Origin: Octopus vulgaris
Lineage: Eukaryota
DNA: 64,000 nucleotides
Direction: 5' to 3'
Assembly: GCA_951406725.2 (NCBI GenBank)
Contig: OX597821.1
Span: forward strand, 22,444,001 to 22,508,000
Shown: in pieces, positions 12,749 to 24,244 of the stretch
How positions within the stretch are numbered: position 1 is the first letter of the stretch
Layout: each line of letters starts with the position of its first letter
Made by a program: the position numbers and the translations under genes
The notes under the pieces: generated by a model
The model's input: only the letters and a program-made list of their open reading frames with translations
What the model was told of the DNA's origin: nothing
The model's database searches: none

Positions 12749-13299
12749 TGTGTTTGTGTTTGCCCGCACCTTCGCTTGTCAACCAGTGTCGGTTTGTTTA
12801 CGTTTCCGTAAATTACCGATTCAGCAAAAATTCTTCAAAACGATGCCCACAACAATGGCTGCAGTCTCATGACTGAAACAAACAAAGAGAAGATAGGACA
12901 TCATCCGAGCGAGATGTATTCCCTCTCTGCATTCTGAATGACGTGTGTTCTGTTTCTTCTAATCCTTGTATGTTGAATAAATAAGAATTGAAGAAATGAC
13001 ATCACGTAATTCATGTGACGCGCGTGCATTTGTGTATGTCTGTGTCTGTGTATACATACGTATATATATATATAGAGAGAGAGAGGTCGTCGTTCACTTA
13101 CGACCAGTCAGTCGGAACCAGTTGTAAGGCAACGACCTGTGTGTGTATATATAATGTATGCATATGTATATATAATGTATGCATATGTATATATAATGTA
13201 TGTATAGGTATATATATGTATATATAATGCGTGTATAGGTATATATATATACTCTTTTACTTGTTTCAGTCATTTGACTGCGGCCATGCTGGAGCACCG

Positions 13300-13344
<45 letters not shown>

Positions 13345-13347
<3 letters not shown>

Positions 13348-13552
13348 TCATCATCATCATCGTTTAACGTCCGCTTTCCATGCTAGCATGGGTTGAACGA
13401 TTTAACTGAGGACTGGCGGACCAGGTGGCTGCACCGGGCTCCAATCTGATCTGGCGGAGTTTCTACAGTTGGATGCCCTTCCTAACGCCAACCACTCCGA
13501 GAGTCTAGTGGGTGCTTTTACGTGCCACCGGCACGAGGGCCAGTCAGGTGGT
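13345..13552 (-). mobile_element. Family C: 5'-truncated RTE-type LINE 3' UTR with (GAT)n tail
   Basis: Matches the 3' part of the longer copy at 51748-52307; other copies at 17530-17690, 38435-38667, 51066-51220, 53742-53915, 57967-58110. Confidence 0.7.
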
Positions 13553-16263
13553 ATATGCGCGCGCTCACGTGCGCTACTTTAACATTAACCTCCTGCCGGA
13601 AGTCGATCCTACGTTCCAGTGATGGCGGCCATCTTCTATCTTAGATATTGTTCTCAATCGAAAGGCTGGATGCGAAAGCGATTGTCCTCTTAACACTGAT
13701 ATCAACCACTATTGCACTATAGTAATCTCTCTCTCTCTTCTCAAGTAGCACTAAATAGAGGTAAGATACGTGCCAGAGTTATAGGCTTTATTGTCGTTGT
13801 AGTTTCAATGTTTTATATCCATTCCAGTGTGACAACTGTTGATCCGGCAACTTATTATGCTTTATGTTTGGTGCTCTTGCCTAAGAGCACCAAGGCGGTC
13901 TCTAACCGGGTACACACTTTTGACCACATACATGCCAGTCGTAACTATTCTGCCTTTTATTCAGATGACTTTATTTAATGTCTTTTTGCACCTTTCTTTT
14001 CATTAACAATAGGAGGCATATTTTTTTCTTCATATTCATTTACTACACATTATTTTACACCTTGTACACTATTTTTTTTTCCAAATTTTGTGATGGGTGG
14101 TGGGTGGGGTGCAGACTCGGATAATTCACACGGATTCAGTAACCCTACTTCGACACCCGGTCACAAAAATGGGGGGGGGGGGGAGTGTAATAGGTGTAAA
14201 ACATGTAGTAAACGAATATGAATGTTCCGAGCCCTATCCCCGCCCCCCGTTCGCCAGCGCGCATTTTATTTTTTTTTTCATATTCGTTTACTACATGTTA
14301 TTTTACACCTATTGCACAATCTAAAAAAAAATTTGCTCGGGTCAAACACTGGAGTTTCCTCGAAAACTTAAGTGGCTTTTACTTTTGGGGTGGGTTTATC
14401 GATTTTGGAATATACTTAAGGATGATTTTTTTTTCAGGAATTTTCAATCGTTTTCGTAAAGCATTCACTTTCTGTTGCATATTCAGGTTACAATGTATCC
14501 TTTCCTTTTTAAGGGAGTCGTACGCTTTGTAGATTTCGCTGCTATTTTTAGCAGAGCGAAGCTATCGCCTAGAGGCTCTCGTGGAGGGAGACTTATAAAA
14601 AGTATCAACATGAAGACAATTGCTTCCCAGAATATCCCATCAAAATAATGAAAGCAACGTGGTGTGTTCAATAAATTCTCTAGAATTATACTGTTTCACT
14701 TTCTGAACATTTCAAAATTTGTTCCATTCCTTAGGCTGAAAATGTAATTTTTAAAAAATGCAAGACTTCAAATGTAAACAAAATATATTTATACGTTTGA
14801 AATGCAAACGGGACATGATTGCAGAACTGTGTGTGTATTAAAGAGACTTTGATTCTCCTCATAATTTTCTTTAAAATACATAGCTTTTAATGAAATTTAT
14901 GTGAGATACATTTTAGATGTAGATTACAATTACATGGGTAAAGGAATGGAAAATATTTTCGGGAAAGACTTCCTCCAGTCCCCATACCATTTTCTCGCAA
15001 ATTATTAATTTTTTTTTTTATGTATTTTTTCCCCAAAACCCACCTTTTCGGATACGGAGATTCCGGAAAATTGCCAAAAATCGGAATTTTGAAATTTTTT
15101 GGACCCTCCTCCCCCCCAACAATTTCTTCATTTTTCACTTTTTTCCCTAAACCTAACCCTAAGTAGAAAAATTTTTGGAAATTTTTTTAGAATCATAATC
15201 TCTGTATTTTTCCGCATATTTTAAGATATAAAACATTTGTGAAAAAAAATTTAACAAAAATGTTTGGAAATTTTTTCAGAATTATAATCTCCGTATTTTT
15301 CCACATATTTTGAAAAAGAAAATTTCTGAAAAAAGTTAAAAATGAAAAAATTTAGTGGTGGGTGTGATTTCAAAATGCTGGGTTTTGCCAATTTTTTGCA
15401 GATTCATGTAGCCGAAATAGGTTTTTTTTTGTGTAGAAACAAAAAAAAAAAAAAAATTAAATAAAAGAAAAGAGGTGTTTTGGGTACAATAGGAAGTCTT
15501 GCCTATTTTCATAAGGTGGTGAGCTGGCAGAATCATTAGCAGGCCAGGCGGAAATGCTTGATGGCATTCGTCCGTCCTTATGTTCTGAGTTCAAATTCCA
15601 CTTGGTCGACTTTGCCTTTCATCCTTTCGAGGTCGATAAATTAAGTACCAGTGGAGTAGTCGATGTGATCGACTGTCCCTCTCCCTGCAAAATCCTGGCC
15701 TTGTACCTATAATAGAAATGATTATTATTAATAAATAAAGAAATCATTTTCACCTGTCCTTATGTTATGAGTTCAAATTCTGCCGATGTCAACTTCACCT
15801 TTCATCCTTTTGGAGTCGATGAAATAAGTGCCAGTTATGTACTGGGGTCAATGTAATCAACTGATCCCCTCCCTCGAAATTTCAGGCCTTGTGCCTATAG
15901 TAGGAAAGATTATTATTCCCCCACCTCACATCACACTTTGTTAAATGCATATTTTTTTAATGAAATTTTCCTTATATGCCTTTTCAGTGATGTAAATGAC
16001 GGGGTTTTTTTTTTCTAAATTATATCTGCCATTCATTTATGACCAAGGCAAGCATGCACGCGAGCACACACATACGACAGGCTTCTTTCAGTTTCCATCT
16101 ACCGAATCCACTCACATGGCTTTGGTTAGCCTGGTGTATGAGACACACACCCAAGGTACCATGCTGTGGAAGTGAACCAAGAACTGGTTGGGAAGCAAGC
16201 TTTTTAATTAGTCATGCCTGCATCTCAAACCGTGCCTATCAGAACCACACCTACACCATTTTA

Positions 16264-16294
<31 letters not shown>

Positions 16295-16939
16295 TAAGGA
16301 AAAAGAGGTAAGAATTTTGGATAATTATTTATTCAGTGCTTTTGTTTTGGAGAATCATTAGAAATGATGATTCTCTGAAACCAGATGAAAGCACTAAATA
16401 AATAATTATCCAGAATTCTGACTTCCTTTTCCTTGATATATAAAGTCCGTACACCACTTCAAACACTCTACACACACACACACACACACACACACGTGTG
16501 TGTGTGTTTTTAGGTTTTATGTCTGTTTTTCTATGTTGGTATGGATTAGACAAAACTCACAGAAGAAAATTTTCTATTGCTTGATGTTCTTCCAGTCACC
16601 TATCTTGGTTTTATAAATATTCCCCAAACCTCCATTTCACTGAACCCCATCACATCCACTGGGCAATGTGAACATTTGTTTACTGAAAAATATAAGCGAT
16701 GTCACTCTTTTGCTCAGCTGGAACAGACTTATTCCATGGTTTGGTATAACAGCACCACCATGTATCTTTGATGCTTTTAGTGGGGCCTACTCTGTTGCAA
16801 GCATTCAGGCCAGATCCTCCACCAGCCCATGAGGCCCTGTAAAGGAACATAAGTACTGTTCCCTTTTTTCTGGGTTAATAGTTAAAAAATACAAAATTGA
16901 AAAATTGAATACACTGTATTGGTTTTCTTACATATTTTT

Positions 16940-17268
16940 CATCTTTTACTTGTTTGTCATTAGACTGGCCATGCTGGAGCACCACCATGAACTTTTAGTT
17001 GAATGAATCAACCCCTGTACTTATTTTTTTAAGCCTGGTACTTATTGCATCAGTTTGCCGAACCACCAAGTTATGGGGATGCAAACACACCAACACCAGT
17101 TGTCAAGTGGTAGTGGTGCACAAACACAATGACACACATATACACTTACACCGCATATATACACAATGAGCTTCTTTCAGTTTCCATCTACCAAATCTAT
17201 AGTAAAGGACACTTGCCCAAGATACCTCGCAGTGTGACTGAACTATGTGGCTGGGAAGCAAGCTTCTT
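16940..17268 (-). mobile_element. SINE family A host copy, interrupted; its head resumes at 19083-19115
   Basis: SINE sequence stops at GGAAGCAAGCTTCTT and resumes at 19083 as GGAAGCAAGCTTCTTACCACACAGCC. Confidence 0.85.
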
Positions 17269-19082
17269 TATTTCATGAAAATTGGCTATAAAGGCCTTAT
17301 ACAGAGGGGACAGTGCAAGGCGGGGACAAAAAATACAAAGCAAATGGAATAAAATTATGTAAGGAAAGAGGAAATGAAGTCGCTCTGACCCCCCCTCCCA
17401 CCTCCGGGCGACTTCATTGAACCCTTTGCAACAGCATTTGAATTTCCATTTGCAACCAACTTTAGAATATAATTATTTACATTTTACTATAATTAATCCA
17501 CATCTTTTTTTCAAAGTGTCTATATTATCATTATCATCATCATCGTTTAACGTCTGCTTTCCATGCTAGCATGGGTTGGACAGTTCAACTGGGGTCTGGG
17601 AAGCCCGAAGGCTGCACCATGCCAGTCAGATCTGGCAGTGTTTCTACAGCTGGATGCCCTTCCTAATGCCAACCGCTCCGTGAGTGTAGTATATTTCTTT
17701 AAAATGTCTATATACCTTATTCTTTCCGGCATTATGCTGGTGTCTATTCTTTTGTACTACCACATGCAGTCATAGTTTCCCATATACTCATGCACCTTCC
17801 ACAGGCTATTAAGGTCCATCAGCATGCAATAATTGTTCTCGGGCAGACCCTTTACACCTGCTATATCCACCTTGACTTTTCTGTCCCACAAATTTACCTC
17901 GTTATCCAGTTCCTTATTCTGTCCATTATACATAAATACATATTTTTTCTTACAGGGCAGGTGTGGGTAACTTTGAGGCTCCTGTGTGTTTGTAATTGTT
18001 TTTTTGTCAGACTGGGCATGGGCAGGGTTGGTGTCTAGGAAGTGGTTGGGGTAAAGTGGGTATGGGTGGGCGCGGGTTGGGTCATTCTTCACCATGTGTC
18101 TTTTTCTTTTCTTGTTCTCTGTTTCTTCCTCGATGGTCATATCCTTTTCCTCCATGGGCTGTGGAGCACTTACCACTCTTTCACTCTCCCCAGCCTTTTC
18201 CAGTGGTGGAGGGCATTCTGCTCTAATGTGGCCTGAAGGGCCACATTTATAACGCCACAGAATTCTTCCCTCCACTCTAACTTTCAAAGTAGTTTCACCC
18301 ACTAAGATATTTTCTACCATCTTTTCCAGGTCCTCCTCTGTGACCTGTATCATCATTTCAAGGGTTTGTCCTCTCCAATTCCTTTTGGGTGTTCTGGTGG
18401 CCTGCAGGACCACAACCTTCTCCTCCATGCCCAGCAGTATGGCAGCCACCAGCCAGGCTGTATTCACTTCTGGTGGTATGTCTTCCACCTCAACCCTGGA
18501 ATTATGCCTCCCAAGGTACACAGGCAGAAGTATCACCTCATCTGTCTTCAGCGGTGTGGCTTAGTACAGTCTGGCAGTTGCTATCTCCTTAAACTGCACC
18601 TCTACTGTTCCACACTTTTATTCCCTGGCAAGGTATGATATCTCCTGCCAGGCTGACCTCAGTGCCTTTTCCACCTATGCCTCTGACACTACTTCAATTT
18701 TCCTTGTTGCTGTAGCATAGGTTCTATAGACAATCGTCCTTTCTTCCTTGTCCTTTAATACTTTTTGTGGGGAGAACATCTTCACATTATTCCCCTCCCT
18801 TTCAAGCATTTCCTTGAACTCACTCAACTCTTCCAGATTGATTTCTTCAATTTTTTTCTCTAGCTGCCACTGCATCATTCCTCCTCTCCATTTCCTTGTC
18901 CGTCTTGTTTAAGTACTCAACCAGTTCCTCTTCAGACAGATCACATTTTAGAGAAGAATACTTCAACTTCTCGCTCAACACCCTTCCATTACACAAGAGG
19001 GAAAACGTCGCTCCGCCAGGACAGCCAAGAGAACACATGTATACCAAACAAATCCAACAATGCAACTGAACAGCCATAAACC
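17269..19082 (-). mobile_element. ORF1-only Tx1/L1-type non-LTR retroelement (HAL1-like), decayed
   Basis: 15-bp TSD (17254-17268, 19083-19097); broken ORF ~18990-17757 with a charged coiled-coil-like N-terminus, RRM-like RVEVEDIPPEV and degenerate knuckle VRVEGR...RYKCGPSGHIRAECP; no ORF2 between the stop and the 3' end. Confidence 0.75.
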
Positions 19083-19297
19083 GGAAGCAAGCTTCTTACC
19101 ACACAGCCATGCCTGTATACATGAATATATATATATGTATGCATAGCTGCATGGGTAAGAAGTTTGTTTCCAACCGCATATTTCTGGGTTCAGTCTCACT
19201 GCATTGCATCTTGGTCAAGTATCATCCTGAGCTGATCAAAACCTTGTGAGTAAATTTTGTAGACAGAAACTGAGAGAAACTCATGGCTCTGTATTTG

Positions 19298-19625
19298 TTA
19301 GTTAGTTAGTCAATTTTTCGGCTCAAAAAGCAAAAAAGCAAGGCCATGTAGGGGGACATGGAGTTATGTACAGGGTGGTGTTCATGTAAAAAGTTCAGGC
19401 CACTTGTGGTCAAGGGAGACTTTGAACCGAGCGGTCGTCGGCATCTTCACCATCTCGTCCGGCAGCTTATTCCATGGATCCGCTACCCAGACAGAGAAAG
19501 CCCCTCTCCTTCGATTGAGATGAAATCGTCGCAGATAGAGCTTTTTGGAATGACCCGCAGCCGACGCTCTGGAGCAGGAGTGAAGAACAGCTCCTTCGAG
19601 AGGTTACACTTTCCGCTTATGATGT
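19298..19625 (-). mobile_element. CR1-type LINE 3' fragment with (TAAC)n tail
   Basis: Near-identical to the 3' part of 55350-55910. Confidence 0.85.
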
Positions 19626-19959
19626 GTGTATGTACCCTACTCAGTAGAGTTTTATACACAAGATAACCTTGTCTTAGAAAGATGCCTTGACAAAGAACTT
19701 GGGTTCCTCATTCCCAGTGGGTTTGCAGTATCATTGGACACCAACCCAAGTATTTGTACATACTTGCCTGGAATACATATATGTATACAATTACAAATTG
19801 GCTGGCCAATGACTCTTCTCTGCCCTTTGACAGGTTTTGTTTTTTTGTCCCACAGGGTGTCCAGTAAATCATACTCCTCACCAAGCAAGTTTCATGGGAT
19901 TACCAATCAAGTCAACAATGACCTGACCATGTGGTAGATTGTACCGGATTATATGTTAC

Positions 19960-20222
19960 ATGTTACCAGTAGCGCTTACCTGTGATGTATGCAGCAAAGT
20001 CTGCAAGAGCCATTCCGGACTTGGGTGACATTTAAAAACCCACAAGAATCTTCCATGGGTTAGGCCAAAAACATGGATTTAGTTTGCAGTCTTTGCAGCG
20101 AACTGTGTCAGTCTCTTGCTAGCTTCATGAGTCACTCTCAATCTCACATTCATAGGAACAATCAGTTATAAATCAACCTGTCGGCAATGGACCGGCTCAG
20201 CTAACATGTTGGCAGCCATCAT
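19960..20222 (+). mobile_element. RTE-type LINE C-terminal relic (two C2H2-like fingers)
   Basis: CDVCSKVCKSHSGLG*HLKTH from 19981, then VCSLCSELCQSLASFMSHSQSH; the CxxCxxxCxSxxGLxxHxxxH pattern is typical of RTE ORF ends; in-frame stop present. Confidence 0.6.
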
Positions 20223-20735
20223 ACAGGTGTGGCTGTGTAGTAAGATGGGGGGGGGGATAAAAAGGAAAAAACGATTGGTGGGCATCGCTTTTTCACCCCC
20301 ATTAATCATCATTTTCATTTTTCATTTCATATAACATTATGTCTGTGTCCAGTCCACAGCTTCCTATTTCTATGTAAGGCCTTTATGGCCAATATAATGA
20401 AATAAAGAAGCTTGCTTCCAGATTCAGTCCTACTGTGTGGCACTTTTGCCAAGTGTCTTCTGTAGCCTCAGGCCAACCAAAGCTTTGTGAGTGGATTTGG
20501 TAGACAGCGACTGAAAGAAGCCCGTTATATGTGTGTGTGTGTATGTGCCTGTCACGCCACCACTTCTTGACAACTGGTGTTGGTCTATTTACATTCCCAT
20601 AACTTAGCGGTTCAACAAAAGCACTGATAAATTATGTAACAGGTTTCAAAAAAAGTACTGGGATTGATTTGTTTGACTAAAATCCTTCAAGGTGGTACCT
20701 TAGTATGGCCACAGTCCAATGACTGAAACAACTAA
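20222..20735 (+). mobile_element. SINE family A copy interrupted in its head by a ~160-bp retroelement 3' end (20246-20404)
   Basis: GGCTGTGTAGTAAGA | insert ending TAAGGCCTTTATGGCCAATATAATGAAATA | AAGAAGCTTGCTTCC. Confidence 0.8.
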
Positions 20736-21088
20736 TACACATCTATCCATCCATCTATCTATCTATCTGGTGTTTCTGTCCTCTTGTCTTAACACCATGT
20801 GATATTTGTGAGTGTCACCATCATACAAGTGGTGTCATTTGTTTCTAATTATCAATGAAAAACCTATCTTGCCGTAGCGGATAAGGGTTGGCAACAAGAA
20901 AAGCATCTGATCATAAAGAAAAACCTGCTTCGACAAAATCTGACTGACCCATGCAAAACATGAGAGTAGACGTTAAAACAGACAATGACTTGATGAGCTT
21001 CTGTATACCAGTTCTATTAACAAGGCATTGCCAAAGATTCTCTGCAGTTGGTCTGAACCTGAGATCATGTGGTATTGCAGTAAACTTC

Positions 21089-21294
21089 GTGTGGTAAGTA
21101 GCTTGCTAACCAACCACATGGTTCCGGGTTCAGTCCCACTGCGTGGCATCTTGGGCAAGTGTCTTCTGCTATACCAAATCCACTCACAAGGTATTGGTCG
21201 GCCCGGGGCTATAGCAGAAGACACTTGCCCAAGATGCCACGCAGTGGGACTGAACCCAGAACCATGTGGTTGGTTAGCAAGCTACTTACCACAC
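21089..21294. repeat. Hairpin made of two inverted SINE-A heads
   Basis: 85-bp arms 21089-21173 and 21210-21294 with one mismatch and a 36-bp loop. Confidence 0.9.
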
Positions 21295-22718
21295 AGCCAC
21301 GTTAAATGTTGATGATGATGATGTTGGTGGTGAGAGGCCCTGCTTGTCTCCTAGCTACATGTTGTACAGCCATTATGTTTGGACTGAACCACTTCAGCAA
21401 ATTTGAAGAAAGAAAGGAAGACAAATTAGAATCTCATAGTTTGTTCAAAGCCCCCTATATTCCCTACCTACCTACCTATCTACCAATACACTTACCACAT
21501 TACTAGAGATGCCACTACTCACTTACTTATGCCTCACTCTTTTTGTTTTTCTTAAAGAACCTGCTGCTTGCTGCCTGCTTGGTTTCTATGGAGATAAAAA
21601 TAGTCTTGTTATGTGTTGGTTATTTTTCTACTTCATCTTAACCCTCTTCTCATTTCTTAGTTTTTTTTTTGTTTCATCATCATTATCGTCGTCATCATCA
21701 TCATCATCTTGTTGATGTATGATGATGGGTGTGTGCACTTTCACTTGAGGTTTGTTTTACATCCAGTTGTAACTGTGTTGGTTATATTTTGGCAGAATTG
21801 GTTGAGGTGGCAATGGTGGTGCTAGTATTGTTGCTGTTTAGTTCAAGGTTGACCCTGATCTAGCAGACCTATGATCAAAGGCATTCCAGTCGTGACCATC
21901 TTGCCTTTTTCCTTTTTTGTATGGTGAAGCCAGGACCACATTATGCGCACATCCTTTTCTAAGAAAGTAGTGTGATATTTGAAATAGATTTAGCTGCTGT
22001 TTCTGCAGACCAAGTGACCATGTGGAAACATTATCATTGATTATTTATTGTTCCCAAATTCAGATCTGATTGTGTAGACCCACGATTTAAGCTGTTCCAT
22101 TTATGACCATCACGTCAGACTATATTTAGGATGACAACATTGTCTAACTTATTACTTTTTTACTTGTTTGGGTCATTGGGTTGCAACCATACTGGGTTTA
22201 GGCAAACAAATCAGCCCCAGTTTTTCTTTTTTTTTAAAGTAAAAACCCAGTTACTTTTTCTCTGTCTCTTGCTAATCTGCTATCACAAACATAAACAAAC
22301 CAACACTTGTTAAGTGGTGAATGGTGGAGGACAAACACACACACACATATATATACACGACAGGCTTCTTTCAGTTTTGATCTACCAAATTTACTCAAAG
22401 TTTTGATCTACCCAGGGCTATAATAGAAACCACTTGCCCAGAGTGTTGTGCAGTGGGACTGTACCCCCAAGACTGCATGGTTGGGAAGCAAGCTTCTTAA
22501 CACAACCATGTCTACTGCTTTAAAAAGAAAAGTGAGATTATAGGGTGATTTGGCTGCTATTTCTAGCAGATCTAGCAACCACATACAGAAATGGTGGTGG
22601 TGATTTTGTATCTAGCTGTTAATGTTGTTTCATCCCCTATCGATTGTCATAATCAAAGACATTCCTCATATGACCATCCCATTTTTTAATCATGCAGAGT
22701 ATATCCAGAACTATATTA

Positions 22719-23091
22719 TCTCTCTCTATATAAACGGCAGTTTGTCTGTGCGTGTTTCTGTGTGTCTGTTTTCTCGTACCCTCACTCTGACCACGGCTTT
22801 CAACCGATTCTGATGAAACTTGACACACACATAGCCCAATGTCATAATTCAAAACTAACGCAGCGAAAATTTTGAAAAGTTCCCCCAGTTCTGAAAAAAT
22901 CGATAAATTCGACATGGGGTCGAGAATGAGAAACCCAAACCACAGACCGTCTAGGGGACGCAACTCCACCTGTTTTAACTCTCAAAAAAAATTTACCATC
23001 ATTTTTTTTCTATTTTTTGGCTATAACTCTCTAAAAATGCTTTATAGTTATTTCCCTTACAAACCTGAGCAACGCCGGGCGATACTGCTAG
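22719..23091 (+). mobile_element. Non-autonomous Helitron
   Basis: 5' TC, 3' CTAG, subterminal hairpin CCTGAGCAACGCCGGG, inserted between A and T, no TSD. Confidence 0.85.
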
Positions 23092-23178
23092 TTCACTATA
23101 TCTTTCCTGTAAGAACTTATAGTGTGATTTATGAGGTATTAGGTTGGTGTTTCTTGCAAGTCCAGCGATCATGTAAAG

Positions 23179-23413
23179 TAGTGGTTCCCAAACATTTTAA
23201 GGCTGCCGTCCCCTTGACACTCAAACCACATTCCTAGTGCTCCCCCCCCCCACTACAAACGTAGGCCACTTTCTGCAGCAAAATTCAAAACAGTATTTTA
23301 CGAATAATAACCTGGGGGGGGGGTTACATAACCCCTTTTGGCCACACTATTATTGCCCCGCTTGTCTTCAGTGCCTCTCTTGATCGTTCCACTGCCCACT
23401 TTGGGAACCACTG
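23179..23413. mobile_element. hAT-like MITE
   Basis: TIRs TAGTGGTTCCCAAA / TTTGGGAACCACTG; imperfect 8-bp TSD ATGTAAAG/ATGTAGGG. Confidence 0.7.
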
Positions 23414-24244
23414 ATGTAGGGGCTCCCTTGATATCTCCAGACAATCACTTGAGATTATGTCCCCTAGTTGTTCCCAAGTGATTGTTCTACCATCTCTGGA
23501 AGAAGAGATCATTCTTATAAATCAAGAACTTATTTGATCTGCCCTTAACTATCATTTTTTTCTTTTTAATAAACCAGTTATTTAGTTTTTACTAAATGTG
23601 ACTAACCATTGAGTTATTTATTTTCTCATTGTGTGTCAGTGTTTATGGCTGGACAGGTGTATACACATATATATGTAAGGTATATTTATATAGGTATATA
23701 TATAGGAGTGGGTATAGGTCTGTGTGTGTACATGCACAAATCTCTATCATTAGATTCCACTTGGTCGAAACAAATGCCTCTTTATTTAAAATAATACTTG
23801 ACTCATTGCGTTCTCTCTCTCTCCATACACTTAAACCATTTACTTCTGCCTGTCTGTGCCATATATTTAGTTCTGTGTAAATTTGCGTCTGAACACTCAC
23901 ACACACACACATACTGTGTCCGTATACGCACACATGTATGAATGAATATACATTTTTTTCATGTATTAAAACTTGCATGTATATATGAATGGAAGTGTGT
24001 GTTTATGCCTATTTGTCTACTTCACACGGGTCACAATCCTTGAACTACTTTTCACAATATTGTATTTCCTTCAAAATACACGTGTATGTGCGTTAGAGGC
24101 AAGTGGAAAATATGTTTACTTGTGTGTATTGTATTGTATATATATATATAGATTTTATATAGAGAGATAGATATATATAGAGAGAGAGAGAGGCATAACT
24201 ACAGATGTATACCCCCCCCCCTAATACCATGGGCTTATTTACAG

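Noticed and set aside
19981-20150. C2H2 zinc-finger host gene exon
   Set aside because: In-frame stop, no TGEKP linkers; pattern fits an RTE ORF C-terminus.
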